Source: Puniceicoccales bacterium
Lineage (GTDB): Bacteria; Verrucomicrobiota; Verrucomicrobiia; Opitutales; JAIRLM01
Assembly: GCA_031282835.1 (NCBI GenBank)
Contig: JAITCU010000026.1
Location: forward strand, 23-64,022
Direction: 5' to 3'
DNA length: 64,000 nucleotides
Position numbers and translations under genes: made by a program
Shown here: piece after piece, positions 1-8,316 of the stretch
Numbering within the stretch: position 1 is the first letter of the stretch
How the letters are laid out: each line of letters starts with the position of its first letter
The notes under the pieces: generated by a model
Told to the model about the DNA's origin: nothing
What the model saw: only the letters and a program-made list of their open reading frames with translations
The model's database searches: none

Positions 1-250
1 GGCAAGGGGCGAAAGCAGCTATAGTTATCGCAATGGCAACAATAAACCTGGGGTTTCAGCCTGTAAATGCGTTATAAATTAACTCGATGTTAGGGTTCAT
101 GGTAAGCCAATTAAAAGTTCGTTCACGCTGGAATCGATGTTGGGGTAAGGTCTGGTCGGTGAGGATTTTTTCAAATTTCGCGTCCGTCCGCTGTCAAAGC
201 AGTAATTGTGGCGGGTACCACGCCCATAAATCCAGAGCGTTAAACTTTTT
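1..250 (+). repeat. Degenerate family-B repeat pieces (1-62 and ~100-250)
   Basis: 156-250 (gtcggtgaggattttttcaaatttcg...ccgctgtcaaagcagtaat) aligns with 17538-17635; 101-146 aligns with 56322-56367; 1-62 resembles the right part of the same unit (ataaacctggggttt). Confidence 0.7.
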
Positions 251-283
251 CACTGAAATGTGAGATTTTTTCGTGAAATCGGC

Positions 284-311
284 TTGACTTGCTCTATAAA
301 AACCTTAGAAA
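284..311 (+). promoter_or_regulatory. Sigma70-like promoter upstream of candidate ncRNA
   Basis: TTGACT(284)-N16-TAGAAA(306), with no ORF directly downstream. Confidence 0.45.
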
Positions 312-335
312 GTTTCGCGAGATGTGTCTTATAAG

Positions 336-530
336 TCCCGAGTTCGGGAAGGTTTTTGCTGGAGTCCCCTCCGGGGGCCTTGGGCGGCCTTAGATATATA
401 TTGTGAACACCTCGGGCGTAGCGGTGTTACTCCCGGGGAAGGAGCAGCGTGACGGAGATGATAAGGACGTACGCTGTGTTCCTTAGTTCGAGCATATATT
501 TAACGGTGCCACGGCGAAAACCTTTGCCGC
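336..530 (+). ncRNA. Candidate structured RNA, 6S RNA-like long hairpin
   Basis: Nested pairings: 349-361/512-524, ttagatatat 390-399/494-503, gaacac/gtgttc, gcgta 416-420/470-474, apical gttactcc/ggagcagc. Length is ~190 nt. Confidence 0.5.
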
Positions 531-758
531 TTTTGCCATTTAATCAAGTGGTGAAAAGTGGCATTTGATCTTTGACAGAAATATTAACATGCGAATTTTG
601 GAGCTTTGCCCCGAAAAGGGCTTTGCAGTGGCTAGTCGTGTGCAATCGTACCGCACAGATTAACCACAGAGGGCTTATACATAGCCATTGGTTGCTATTG
701 TAACGGAAGGCTGCTGCTAGAGTCAAATTGGAGAGCCCCGTCAAACGGGCTGGGTTGC

Positions 759-796
759 GGGTCGTTGTGTTTATACGTATAAACACGAAATGGCCC
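759..796. promoter_or_regulatory. Perfect 20-bp palindrome (possible operator or hairpin)
   Basis: GTGTTTATACGTATAAACAC at 767-786, with flanks gggtcgtt/aatggccc that extend the stem. Confidence 0.45.
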
Positions 797-878
797 AGAC
801 AACTGTCACAACGGGGATGCCGATGCTGAAATCTAGGAATTTGGGTTTTGCAAGTCGCGGAAAAATTGTTTTTCATTT

Positions 879-1892
879 ATGAATGAGATGAATTCTATTG
901 GAAGCTGTATGGAGGGCGGCGTTATTTCGTTAAGCGGAGGACTAATCCGCTTTTTGGGAGACACGGCGCCGACGAAGCTTTGTGTGGCGTGTTCCGGCGG
1001 AAGCGATTCCGTAGCACTTTTGGCATTGCTATGTCGGGAAAAATCCCTGCATCATAGGTTGGTTGTCCTGCATTTCAACCATGGCACACGCGGTGGCGCC
1101 TCCGATGGTGATGCTGATTTTGTCCAGAACTTGGCAAAAGAGGCACGAATTCCTGCCATCATTGGCCATCGAGATGATGTCGCCTTACCACATTTCAACG
1201 AGGATTTGCTACGGCGCTGCCGATTTCGGTTTTTTCACCGAGAAATGGCTCGCTTGTCCACGCCATACCTGCTCACCGCACACAATAGGGACGATGTGAT
1301 TGAAACCTTTCTCATGCGCCTGGCACGGGGCTCATCCATCGACGGGCTAGCCGCGCTACGGCCCGTGGAACATCGCCGCGACGGCCGTATTTACGTGCGC
1401 CCTCTCCTCTCCCTGTCCAAGGATGTTTTGCGCAACTATCTTCTGGTGGAGCGTATCCCCTGGCGTGAGGATGAGAGCAATGCGTCAGAGCTTTACTTAC
1501 GCAATCGCGTGCGGCATCAGCTTATTCCCCTTTGGGAAACCCTCGAACCCGAACGGCCTTTAAAATCCTGCCTGCTGCTAACGCGTACTCTGCTAGTAGA
1601 AGATGCGGACGCGCTTGTGGAACTGAGCAACCGCTGCTTTCAAATGGCCTTTCACGAAAACCGCCTAAACCTGGAAGCTTTAGCGGGTCAGCCGTTGGCC
1701 ATTCTGCGTCGGGTACTGCATCTATTTTTTCTGGAAAACGGCCATATCCTTGAACGAGCCCGAGCCGACCACTTGCTCAACATGTTGCGGCGTGGAAAAC
1801 CTTTCAAAGTTTCGGTCGCATCGAATGTGACATGCATTTCCACGGGGTTGCAGATTTATCTGCAGCAAACGCACCATCCGAAAACGCCGTAA
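879..1892 (+). CDS. tilS: tRNA(Ile)-lysidine synthetase
   Basis: SGGSDS PP-loop, HFNHG, TAHNRDDVIET, RPLL, DESN, RNRVRH motifs; exact start uncertain. Confidence 0.95.
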   Translation: MNEMNSIGSCMEGGVISLSGGLIRFLGDTAPTKLCVACSGGSDSVALLALLCREKSLHHRLVVLHFNHGTRGGASDGDADFVQNLAKEARIPAIIGHRDDVALPHFNEDLLRRCRFRFFHREMARLSTPYLLTAHNRDDVIETFLMRLARGSSIDGLAALRPVEHRRDGRIYVRPLLSLSKDVLRNYLLVERIPWREDESNASELYLRNRVRHQLIPLWETLEPERPLKSCLLLTRTLLVEDADALVELSNRCFQMAFHENRLNLEALAGQPLAILRRVLHLFFLENGHILERARADHLLNMLRRGKPFKVSVASNVTCISTGLQIYLQQTHHPKTP

Positions 1893-1912
1893 CCCAGGGA
1901 ACCCGTAGGTAT

Positions 1913-2860
1913 TCAAAATGCGGATCGGCATTCGCTTCGTATTTTTTGCGGTAAACTGGTGGCGATTATCTTGGTGGCAGATTCAGCGTTTCCATCTCCA
2001 ACTGGAGTACCATTAATCTTCACAACGGGAACAACTTTCCCACACGGGCGGACAAGGAAGCACTCAGTGGCCGTTGACAAGTCCTGGAGGCGTAGCTGTT
2101 TTGCGGAGACCTTCATCTCATCAACACCGGGCAAGATAGGATGCAAAAATTTCCCCAGGAACCAGGGCCGATCCAGGGCAGGAGTGAAGATATCTTTCCC
2201 GGATATGGCGAAAAGGTCCCCCTGGGTGCAGCCGCATATCACGCCGTTGGCGTCCGCCAAAATCGCGCCGTCGGCCGCTTTTTGCTTGGCTTCCGCCTGC
2301 GCCAGGAAGGTTCCCAGTTTTCCAAGTGTATACCGCTCCCATTGTAAAATCTTATCCCCGAGGGGAAAGTTCTCCAGTGACGCGAGCGAGATGCCAGCTG
2401 GTTCCTCCCGGGAAAGGGCTTTGGCGAGGATGACCAGCGCCGGTGCAGGACCGCATTCAACTTTTGCCGTTTTTTCAGCCGATTTTACCTCCACGTCTGT
2501 CTTTTCGGATGTCGCTTTTTGCCCTTTTTCGCCGTTTTCCGCGCTGGCGCAAGCGCAGCAGCACGGACTGGATCCGGCACTGAGAATGAGGGTCAGGAGA
2601 GCGTCGCCCCCGTTGAACCCGTTCATATCGTAGGTATTTGCCAACGCGTCCTTGATATCACCTAGCTGCCACGGAAAATCCATTTTCAGTTCGGCGGCAA
2701 ACGTTTGGAGATATTCCAGCCGCTCATCCAAGTGGAAGAACATTCCCTCGCGGCAAACGAAATGCTCTCGGATGCCCCTTCCGGACAAGAAACTGTCATC
2801 CAGGGTAGAAATTTTTGCGTCCCGTTCCGCGTATAGCGCACCGTCAATGTAGATTTTCAT
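1913..2860 (-). CDS. Aminotransferase class IV (IlvE/PabC-fold)-like protein with a degenerate active site
   Basis: MKIYIDG...AKISTLDDSF..G.G..E N-terminus and ECFL...VVPVVKING..VGDG C-terminus match the fold; start moved to ATG 2860. Confidence 0.75.
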   Translation of the reverse strand: MKIYIDGALYAERDAKISTLDDSFLSGRGIREHFVCREGMFFHLDERLEYLQTFAAELKMDFPWQLGDIKDALANTYDMNGFNGGDALLTLILSAGSSPCCCACASAENGEKGQKATSEKTDVEVKSAEKTAKVECGPAPALVILAKALSREEPAGISLASLENFPLGDKILQWERYTLGKLGTFLAQAEAKQKAADGAILADANGVICGCTQGDLFAISGKDIFTPALDRPWFLGKFLHPILPGVDEMKVSAKQLRLQDLSTATECFLVRPCGKVVPVVKINGTPVGDGNAESATKIIATSLPQKIRSECRSAF

Positions 2861-2906
2861 CGCCCAGGCTATGTTAGCCCAGGAGCGGAAAATGAAAACA
2901 CTTTTC

Positions 2907-3287
2907 CTATTTTCCCACGAACATAGACCGAATAAGGTCATCGGCAGTGGTTCCCGCTGGCTTTTGGGCGCGCAACCCAGCGGTCATAAATGCGACGATT
3001 TTTTCAAACTCATTAGCGAAATCAATGTCGTGTTCCTTTTGAAATTTTTCTACGACACTGCCGAGTTCCTCAAGCGTTAGGTCAGAAACCTGGTTCATTG
3101 CCTGGGTAAAGGATTCCTGAATTTTGCCTTCGCGGGCCAGGCGTGCGAATACCTTCAATATCATGTACGCCTTTCGTGCGTCCGGGTCACCGGCGTATCC
3201 CTCTTCGGAAATCTTTTCCGCTTCCGAATCCCATGAGTCCGCCACCTTCCGCACGATGTCGTCCACGCCCTCATCCATTATTTCCAT
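2907..3287 (-). CDS. Hypothetical helical protein (~123-126 aa)
   Basis: Protein-like ORF filling the gap; start may be 3278. Confidence 0.7.
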   Translation of the reverse strand: MEIMDEGVDDIVRKVADSWDSEAEKISEEGYAGDPDARKAYMILKVFARLAREGKIQESFTQAMNQVSDLTLEELGSVVEKFQKEHDIDFANEFEKIVAFMTAGLRAQKPAGTTADDLIRSMFVGK

Positions 3288-3322
3288 TTAGCGGAATAAA
3301 CTTGATGCGCAAATTAAAAATT

Positions 3323-5998
3323 TTAACCCGTGCCCCCTTCGGACGCTGACACAGCGTCATCGCACAGGTAAGGCAGCAATATCGAAATCGCCACGGTTTC
3401 GGACATGACCAATTTTTCAATAAGCTCACGAAATTCGGCCTTGGGCAACGTGCCCTTTATCTCTTCCAAGTAAGCCCGACGCATATCATATGACCCCGGT
3501 TTGGAGAGCGCCGGCACGAAACAATCAATCAAATCGCCGCTGTTTCCGGTTTCCTCCACTAGCCACAGGAGAAAACGCAATGAGAAACCAATGTCGAAGT
3601 TAGATTGTATCGCCTGTTTTAGAGCGTCCTCCGGGAGCGCTTTTCCAGCAGCCAACAAATCATTCTCCCACGGCTCGCGTTGTACGGTGCTACTTTCCAA
3701 GAGAAGACCTATGTCATTTTGCTCCCAAGTCATATGCCCGCAAATATCCGCTAAGTCCGCTGGTGACATGCGGCCCTGTCTGCACATGTCGTCCATAAAT
3801 TTGCACAATGCATTCCGCAGCTCAGCGGATGGATATTTCGCTGCCACGGGCAACGCATCATCGCCATAGGCACCGTGTAACGCTCTAATTACCCTATCGT
3901 TATCAACACCAATAAACATGCGCACAAAATCAATTGCCTCATATCTCTTTGTCGCCGCCTCCATAACGCTATCGAAGGCCCCTGGCGATATGCTGTTCTG
4001 TACCCGGGATACGATCTCTCGCGCGACCACTATTCCGATGCCGTCATCCATACTCGCTAGCGTACCTAGTATTTGGGTTACCATATCGGCGGCATCAGGG
4101 GCTCTTTGGGTCAACACAGCGCATAAAAGCATCGCAATTCCAGGCGCATCACCAGGATAAAGCTTTACGGAAGTCGCTAAAATCACCTGCCACACGCCAC
4201 TAGCGTACATTTTGTATGTACTGGCGCGAGCGAGAAATTCACTAACCCCGTCAAATTCCCTCTGAGCTCCAAGTTCTTTAAGAATCGCCCGTGCCGCCCA
4301 TTCACTGGCATCATCCCCCATGGACAATAGCAATTCTACCTCCTCTCCCCCTTGTGCGCTACAAAGCAGTTGCCATATAAGCCTGTACCCCCATTCCGTT
4401 GGGTTCTCCATAATGGCTCGGATAACAGCACCGGACGCATCCAAATACCCTATCATTTGTACGCATGCGCCCATGTCCAATGCCCCGAAGTCATGGGTGT
4501 CAAAGACGCGCCCACTAAGGTTCCTCCCGTCGGGGGATAGTATTCGTTCAAATTCGCCCATATCCGTGACAGCGGTTCGGCCAGAGCCATGGCTAAACAA
4601 CTCACCCGTTGAATGTTGATGTACAGCTTTCGTTACTTGTTGGGCCAAACCTGCATCCATTGTTGAATGTTGATGTACAGCTTTCGTTACTTGTTGGGCC
4701 AAACCTGCATCCATTTTCGCCAGCAAATCGCCAAACTCCTCTCGGAGCTGTGGGTCCAGTTGACCCAGTACGGAAACAACAAATTCTATGGAGTCACGCT
4801 CCCTCACAATCTCGATTGCGAGTTCACGCGCGTGCTTCATTGCAATCGGAGAATTCTCCGTCAAAAACAGGAATACAATGTCCGTTGCCGTTGCCCCTTG
4901 CACCATCCTTTTTCCATATTCAGTGGATGTTAGCGCGTCCAAAAGTGCGACCCCATCGCATGACCGGGAAAGTACGCTCCTCATTGCCGCTTCTGGGGGG
5001 ACGGCCTTTTCCATAAAATCTACCAACTTTTTTGTTTCCGTTGTCGCCAAAAGAAGGTCCACAAGTTCTACAGCTAATTTCTTATTCTTCTGGATAAGAG
5101 GAAGAATCTGATCGTCACAGGCGCATTCGGGCGTTATCGCAAGTAATGCCAAAGCTCCTTCATTATCGCCAGAGATGATGCAATTGGCAATGGCATCTCT
5201 TATTGCTTGCTGAGGTGTGTCTTTTACCAGCTTAGACGCCTCCCCAAGTATATGTAAGATATCAGCCATATTCTCCTTGGAGTTTTCTAGTCTTTTCCTA
5301 ATAGCATCAATTTTAGACGCAAACTCCTCCGCAGGGGTTGGTTTCTTGGGGCCCGGATCGCCATCCTCAGTTGACTTCGGCTGCTCCGGATGATCGTCTT
5401 TTGCTGGGGGAATCCATCTCGGCGTGGGATCGTCTCGTGCCGGAGGAGTCTCTTCCTTCGGGGCAGCGCTTTCTACCACAGGACTCTCATTCTCAACTGT
5501 GGCCGTCTCCCCCGGCGCGGAAGCGCTTTTCACGGGCACGGGGTTTCCGATGGCAGTTTCCGTAGCACTACCCGTCGCGTCCTGACTCAACGGTGGCTGT
5601 ACCAGCGTAATATTTTTAGCATGAACCAGGATCTCATTCACACGCTTTTTCGCTTCCGCAACCAGTTTGACTTCTTTCGCGTCCCTCCGGGGAAGCCAAT
5701 AGTCGAGGGCAATGAGAGATGTGGTGAAAGTGAGACCCTTTGCCGGCGTCTGGGCAATGGATCGCTTGATGATCCACAAAATGAGTGTCCCGATCCCAGG
5801 GAGAACACACTGGAACACGTAAAACAGCACGCGGCCCAAACGGAAGGCGCGCGCATTGAAAGTGCATACGCACCTAACCCGTGACTTCCCACCGGCAAAG
5901 CTCACACCCCCGCTGGTTGGTGTGGGCTCAGAAAAAGATGTTAAAAACCCTGCTCCGAACCCGATTCCAGACGCGTCCCGAGAGGTCGATACACACAT
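3323..5998 (-). CDS. Orphan 891-aa protein: Ser/Gly-rich N-terminus, hydrophobic segment, Pro-rich linker, helical-repeat body
   Basis: Long ORF; VLFYVFQCVLPGIGTLILWII hydrophobic stretch; TTGACT 39 nt upstream of ATG. Confidence 0.85.
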   Translation of the reverse strand: MCVSTSRDASGIGFGAGFLTSFSEPTPTSGGVSFAGGKSRVRCVCTFNARAFRLGRVLFYVFQCVLPGIGTLILWIIKRSIAQTPAKGLTFTTSLIALDYWLPRRDAKEVKLVAEAKKRVNEILVHAKNITLVQPPLSQDATGSATETAIGNPVPVKSASAPGETATVENESPVVESAAPKEETPPARDDPTPRWIPPAKDDHPEQPKSTEDGDPGPKKPTPAEEFASKIDAIRKRLENSKENMADILHILGEASKLVKDTPQQAIRDAIANCIISGDNEGALALLAITPECACDDQILPLIQKNKKLAVELVDLLLATTETKKLVDFMEKAVPPEAAMRSVLSRSCDGVALLDALTSTEYGKRMVQGATATDIVFLFLTENSPIAMKHARELAIEIVRERDSIEFVVSVLGQLDPQLREEFGDLLAKMDAGLAQQVTKAVHQHSTMDAGLAQQVTKAVHQHSTGELFSHGSGRTAVTDMGEFERILSPDGRNLSGRVFDTHDFGALDMGACVQMIGYLDASGAVIRAIMENPTEWGYRLIWQLLCSAQGGEEVELLLSMGDDASEWAARAILKELGAQREFDGVSEFLARASTYKMYASGVWQVILATSVKLYPGDAPGIAMLLCAVLTQRAPDAADMVTQILGTLASMDDGIGIVVAREIVSRVQNSISPGAFDSVMEAATKRYEAIDFVRMFIGVDNDRVIRALHGAYGDDALPVAAKYPSAELRNALCKFMDDMCRQGRMSPADLADICGHMTWEQNDIGLLLESSTVQREPWENDLLAAGKALPEDALKQAIQSNFDIGFSLRFLLWLVEETGNSGDLIDCFVPALSKPGSYDMRRAYLEEIKGTLPKAEFRELIEKLVMSETVAISILLPYLCDDAVSASEGGTG
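4608..4715. repeat. Exact 2 x 54-bp in-frame tandem duplication
   Basis: Encodes MDAGLAQQVTKAVHQHST twice; the two units are identical. Confidence 0.95.
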
Positions 5999-6059
5999 AC
6001 GGCACTAAGTAGGTATAAAGATTGCCAACATAGTCAAGCCTGTTTGCTAAGCATTGCAC

Positions 6060-6590
6060 GCGCCTCGGGTGGCCATGCGGTTTTTTTGCCGTGCCCCATC
6101 GAAAATTTGACAAAAGTTAGCCAAAATCACAACTGGGTTGACAAATCTCTATTCCCCAGCAATATGGTCCCAGAATCAGGATTCTAAAAAAGGAGATTCA
6201 ATATGAAAAATACCACCGCATTCACGACAAATACTTTTGATGGTGATTGGGAACTGCAAATGTCCCCAGTCCTAGAACTGCCACCCGGCCTCAAGCCGGA
6301 ACCCCCATTTTTACGGGAATTCCCCGCGTTTTTAGGCCGGGCCAGCTCGCTGTCAGCGGCAAAAGCCATTTGGGAAATATCTTCTTAAATAAAAAACCAA
6401 GCCACCTCATCCGATTGGAGAACCTATGAAAATCAACAAAAAACTAAGGACGAATTATTGCCCTAACAAACAAGTCGAGGACAACAACAGTGTTGGACCC
6501 GCTAACTGTAACATCGCATCCCGAGAGCGTTCTGTGGATATTTCGACACCGTTCCCCGGGATTAATTATAAATTTCCCACAAGTATGACC
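6060..6590 (+). repeat. Family-A dispersed element, copy 1
   Basis: TTGACA 6138, CAATAT 6160, AGAATCAGGATTCT 6172-6185, AGGAG, ATG 6203; aligns with 18850-19265, 33480-34020 and the reverse complement of 35745-36270. Confidence 0.9.
6203..6388 (+). CDS. Small ORF1 of family-A element (61 aa)
   Basis: AGGAG SD and promoter upstream; paralogous to 19005-19232 and 33650-33829. Translation unproven. Confidence 0.5.
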   Translation: MKNTTAFTTNTFDGDWELQMSPVLELPPGLKPEPPFLREFPAFLGRASSLSAAKAIWEISS

Positions 6591-6798
6591 ACACTTGAAA
6601 AGATTTCCCCCGGGCGCAGTGGAAATGTTAGACGTGCCAACGTCTTTCGTAATTTTTCCGCGCCCCGGCACGGAGGAAAGAGGGGCAGATTGGCCAAAAT
6701 TTTTGGCAAGCATATCTTGACATGGGCAACTTTTGGGACGGATATGCGCCCATTGGTTTGGTTTTGAACGTTATGATTTGCCGTTGAATTGGTTTTTT

Positions 6799-7230
6799 AT
6801 GAGTACGACATTGGCAAAAAAGGAGCAGCACGGTTCCGGGCAGAAGCGGTGGGTTTTGCTCGATGCGGCGGGTATGAGTTTGGGCAGGTTAGCCGTGCGC
6901 GTTGCGAACATACTGCGCGGTAGGCACCGGCCAATTTATACGCCCCACGTGGATACGGGCGATTTTGTTATCGTCATCAACGCCGACAAGGTACGGCTAA
7001 CCGGTGCCAAAGACGCTAAGAAGGAGTATATGTTCTATACTGGGTTCATAGGCAATGAGCGGTATCGTAGCGCGACTGAAATGAAGGGCCGGGATTCGCG
7101 GTTCCTCGTCGAACACGCGGTCAAGGGCATGCTCCCCAAAAACCGCTTGGCCGATCAGATGATTCGCAAGTTGAAGGTTTACGGCGGCGCGGAGCACCGC
7201 AACGGGGCGCAGATGCCCGTCAAATTATAA
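6799..7230 (+). CDS. rplM: 50S ribosomal protein L13
   Basis: WVLLDA...LGRLA...YTPHVDTGDFVIVINA...GMLPKN; start MSTTLAK at 6799. Confidence 0.98.
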   Translation: MSTTLAKKEQHGSGQKRWVLLDAAGMSLGRLAVRVANILRGRHRPIYTPHVDTGDFVIVINADKVRLTGAKDAKKEYMFYTGFIGNERYRSATEMKGRDSRFLVEHAVKGMLPKNRLADQMIRKLKVYGGAEHRNGAQMPVKL

Positions 7231-7241
7231 GGGTTTGTTCC

Positions 7242-7643
7242 ATGGCAACGGATGAAGGTGGAGAATTTTTAGGAACCGGTCGGCGGAAGACGGCGGTAGC
7301 GCGGGTGCGTCTCTCCCGCGGATCGGGTAAGGTCTCGATCAACGGGAAGTCTGTCACGGATTATTGTCGGGATACGGAGTTCTCCCGCGTGGCCCTTGCC
7401 CCCGTCGCCCTTGCGGAGATGGAAGGGATGCTCAACATCGGCGTGCGTGTTGGTGGTGGTGGCGTTATAGGCCAGGCCGGCGCGATTTCCCATGCCATTT
7501 CCCGAGCGCTCGTCGCCATGCAACCTGAAGTACGATCCGGACTCAAGCGCGCGATGATGCTCCGTCGGGACCCGCGCATGAAAGAGCGCAAGAAGGCCGG
7601 ACAGCCTGGTGCGCGCAAGAGGTTTCAATTCTCCAAGCGTTGA
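7242..7643 (+). CDS. rpsI: 30S ribosomal protein S9
   Basis: GTGRRKTAVARV, GGG..GQA, ERKK.G..GARKRFQFSKR. Confidence 0.98.
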   Translation: MATDEGGEFLGTGRRKTAVARVRLSRGSGKVSINGKSVTDYCRDTEFSRVALAPVALAEMEGMLNIGVRVGGGGVIGQAGAISHAISRALVAMQPEVRSGLKRAMMLRRDPRMKERKKAGQPGARKRFQFSKR

Positions 7644-7803
7644 TGAGGACAGAGATCGCAGCCCATGGGTTTCCTTCCCGTGTCTCATTTTCGACACGCG
7701 AGCGCAGGGAGTTGGCCCTGGTGGTGGTGCAGCTGATTTCGGCGGTTGTGTGATTTAGCAATTTTTTATTGAACATAAGGTCCGGGGCCGCCATAATGGT
7801 CCC

Positions 7804-8307
7804 ATGTCCGTTAACATGCCTCCAGGAGCGTCTCGTCCACTGGGATCGCGGGCTGTTGCCACCCCTCCGGATGAAAAATTTGATTCCAAAGGTGGTGCCA
7901 GCGCGCCGAAACCACTGCCGAGTGGGACATCCAGCGGCAGTGGATCAGCTTCCACTTCTGCCTCCGATGACGAAGCGGGAAGTACATCCGTCTCCGAAGC
8001 CGCCGCTGAAGAAGGAGGCACAGAGGCGCTGGATGGCGAGGATATGGGCGCCGTGGTTACTGCGGGCGAGTCCCACGTTGATACTTCTGTTGCAGAAGAG
8101 GCAGAAGCTGTAGGCGCTGGTTTTAAAAAAGAAGAGGGTATTGAGGAAGACGACGAAGGAGATGACGAAGAGGACGATGAAAGTGGAGCTGGCAAAAACG
8201 CAGACACCGAAAATGTGCACGTGGAAGAAAATTGCTGCTCGCCGGAGGAAATTCCACAGGAACTGGTCTCGGAATTCAACCTAGGACATCTTATCATCAA
8301 GGCTTAA
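7804..8307 (+). CDS. Hypothetical acidic, low-complexity protein (167 aa)
   Basis: Ser/Glu/Asp-rich ORF; TTGAAC(7769)-N17-CATAAT-N6-ATG; ends 9 nt before glgP. Confidence 0.7.
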   Translation: MSVNMPPGASRPLGSRAVATPPDEKFDSKGGASAPKPLPSGTSSGSGSASTSASDDEAGSTSVSEAAAEEGGTEALDGEDMGAVVTAGESHVDTSVAEEAEAVGAGFKKEEGIEEDDEGDDEEDDESGAGKNADTENVHVEENCCSPEEIPQELVSEFNLGHLIIKA

Positions 8308-8316
8308 GGGGGAAAA

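Noticed and set aside
425-450. GGAAGGAGCAGC resembling SRP RNA domain IV
   Set aside because: Lacks the upstream CAGG of the symmetric loop and a GNRA tetraloop; better read as the apical stem of the longer hairpin.
544-876. 110-aa minus-strand ORF
   Set aside because: No motifs or RBS; it overlaps palindromic non-coding features.
1959-2633. This and many other long overlapping ORFs (e.g. 17858-18592, 27075-27845, 49829-50671)
   Set aside because: Opposite-strand or alternate-frame shadows of better-supported genes.
6203-6388. Family-A ORF1 as a type I toxin or transposase fragment
   Set aside because: No consistent TM helix across copies and no DDE or HUH motif visible; the resemblance is too weak to call.
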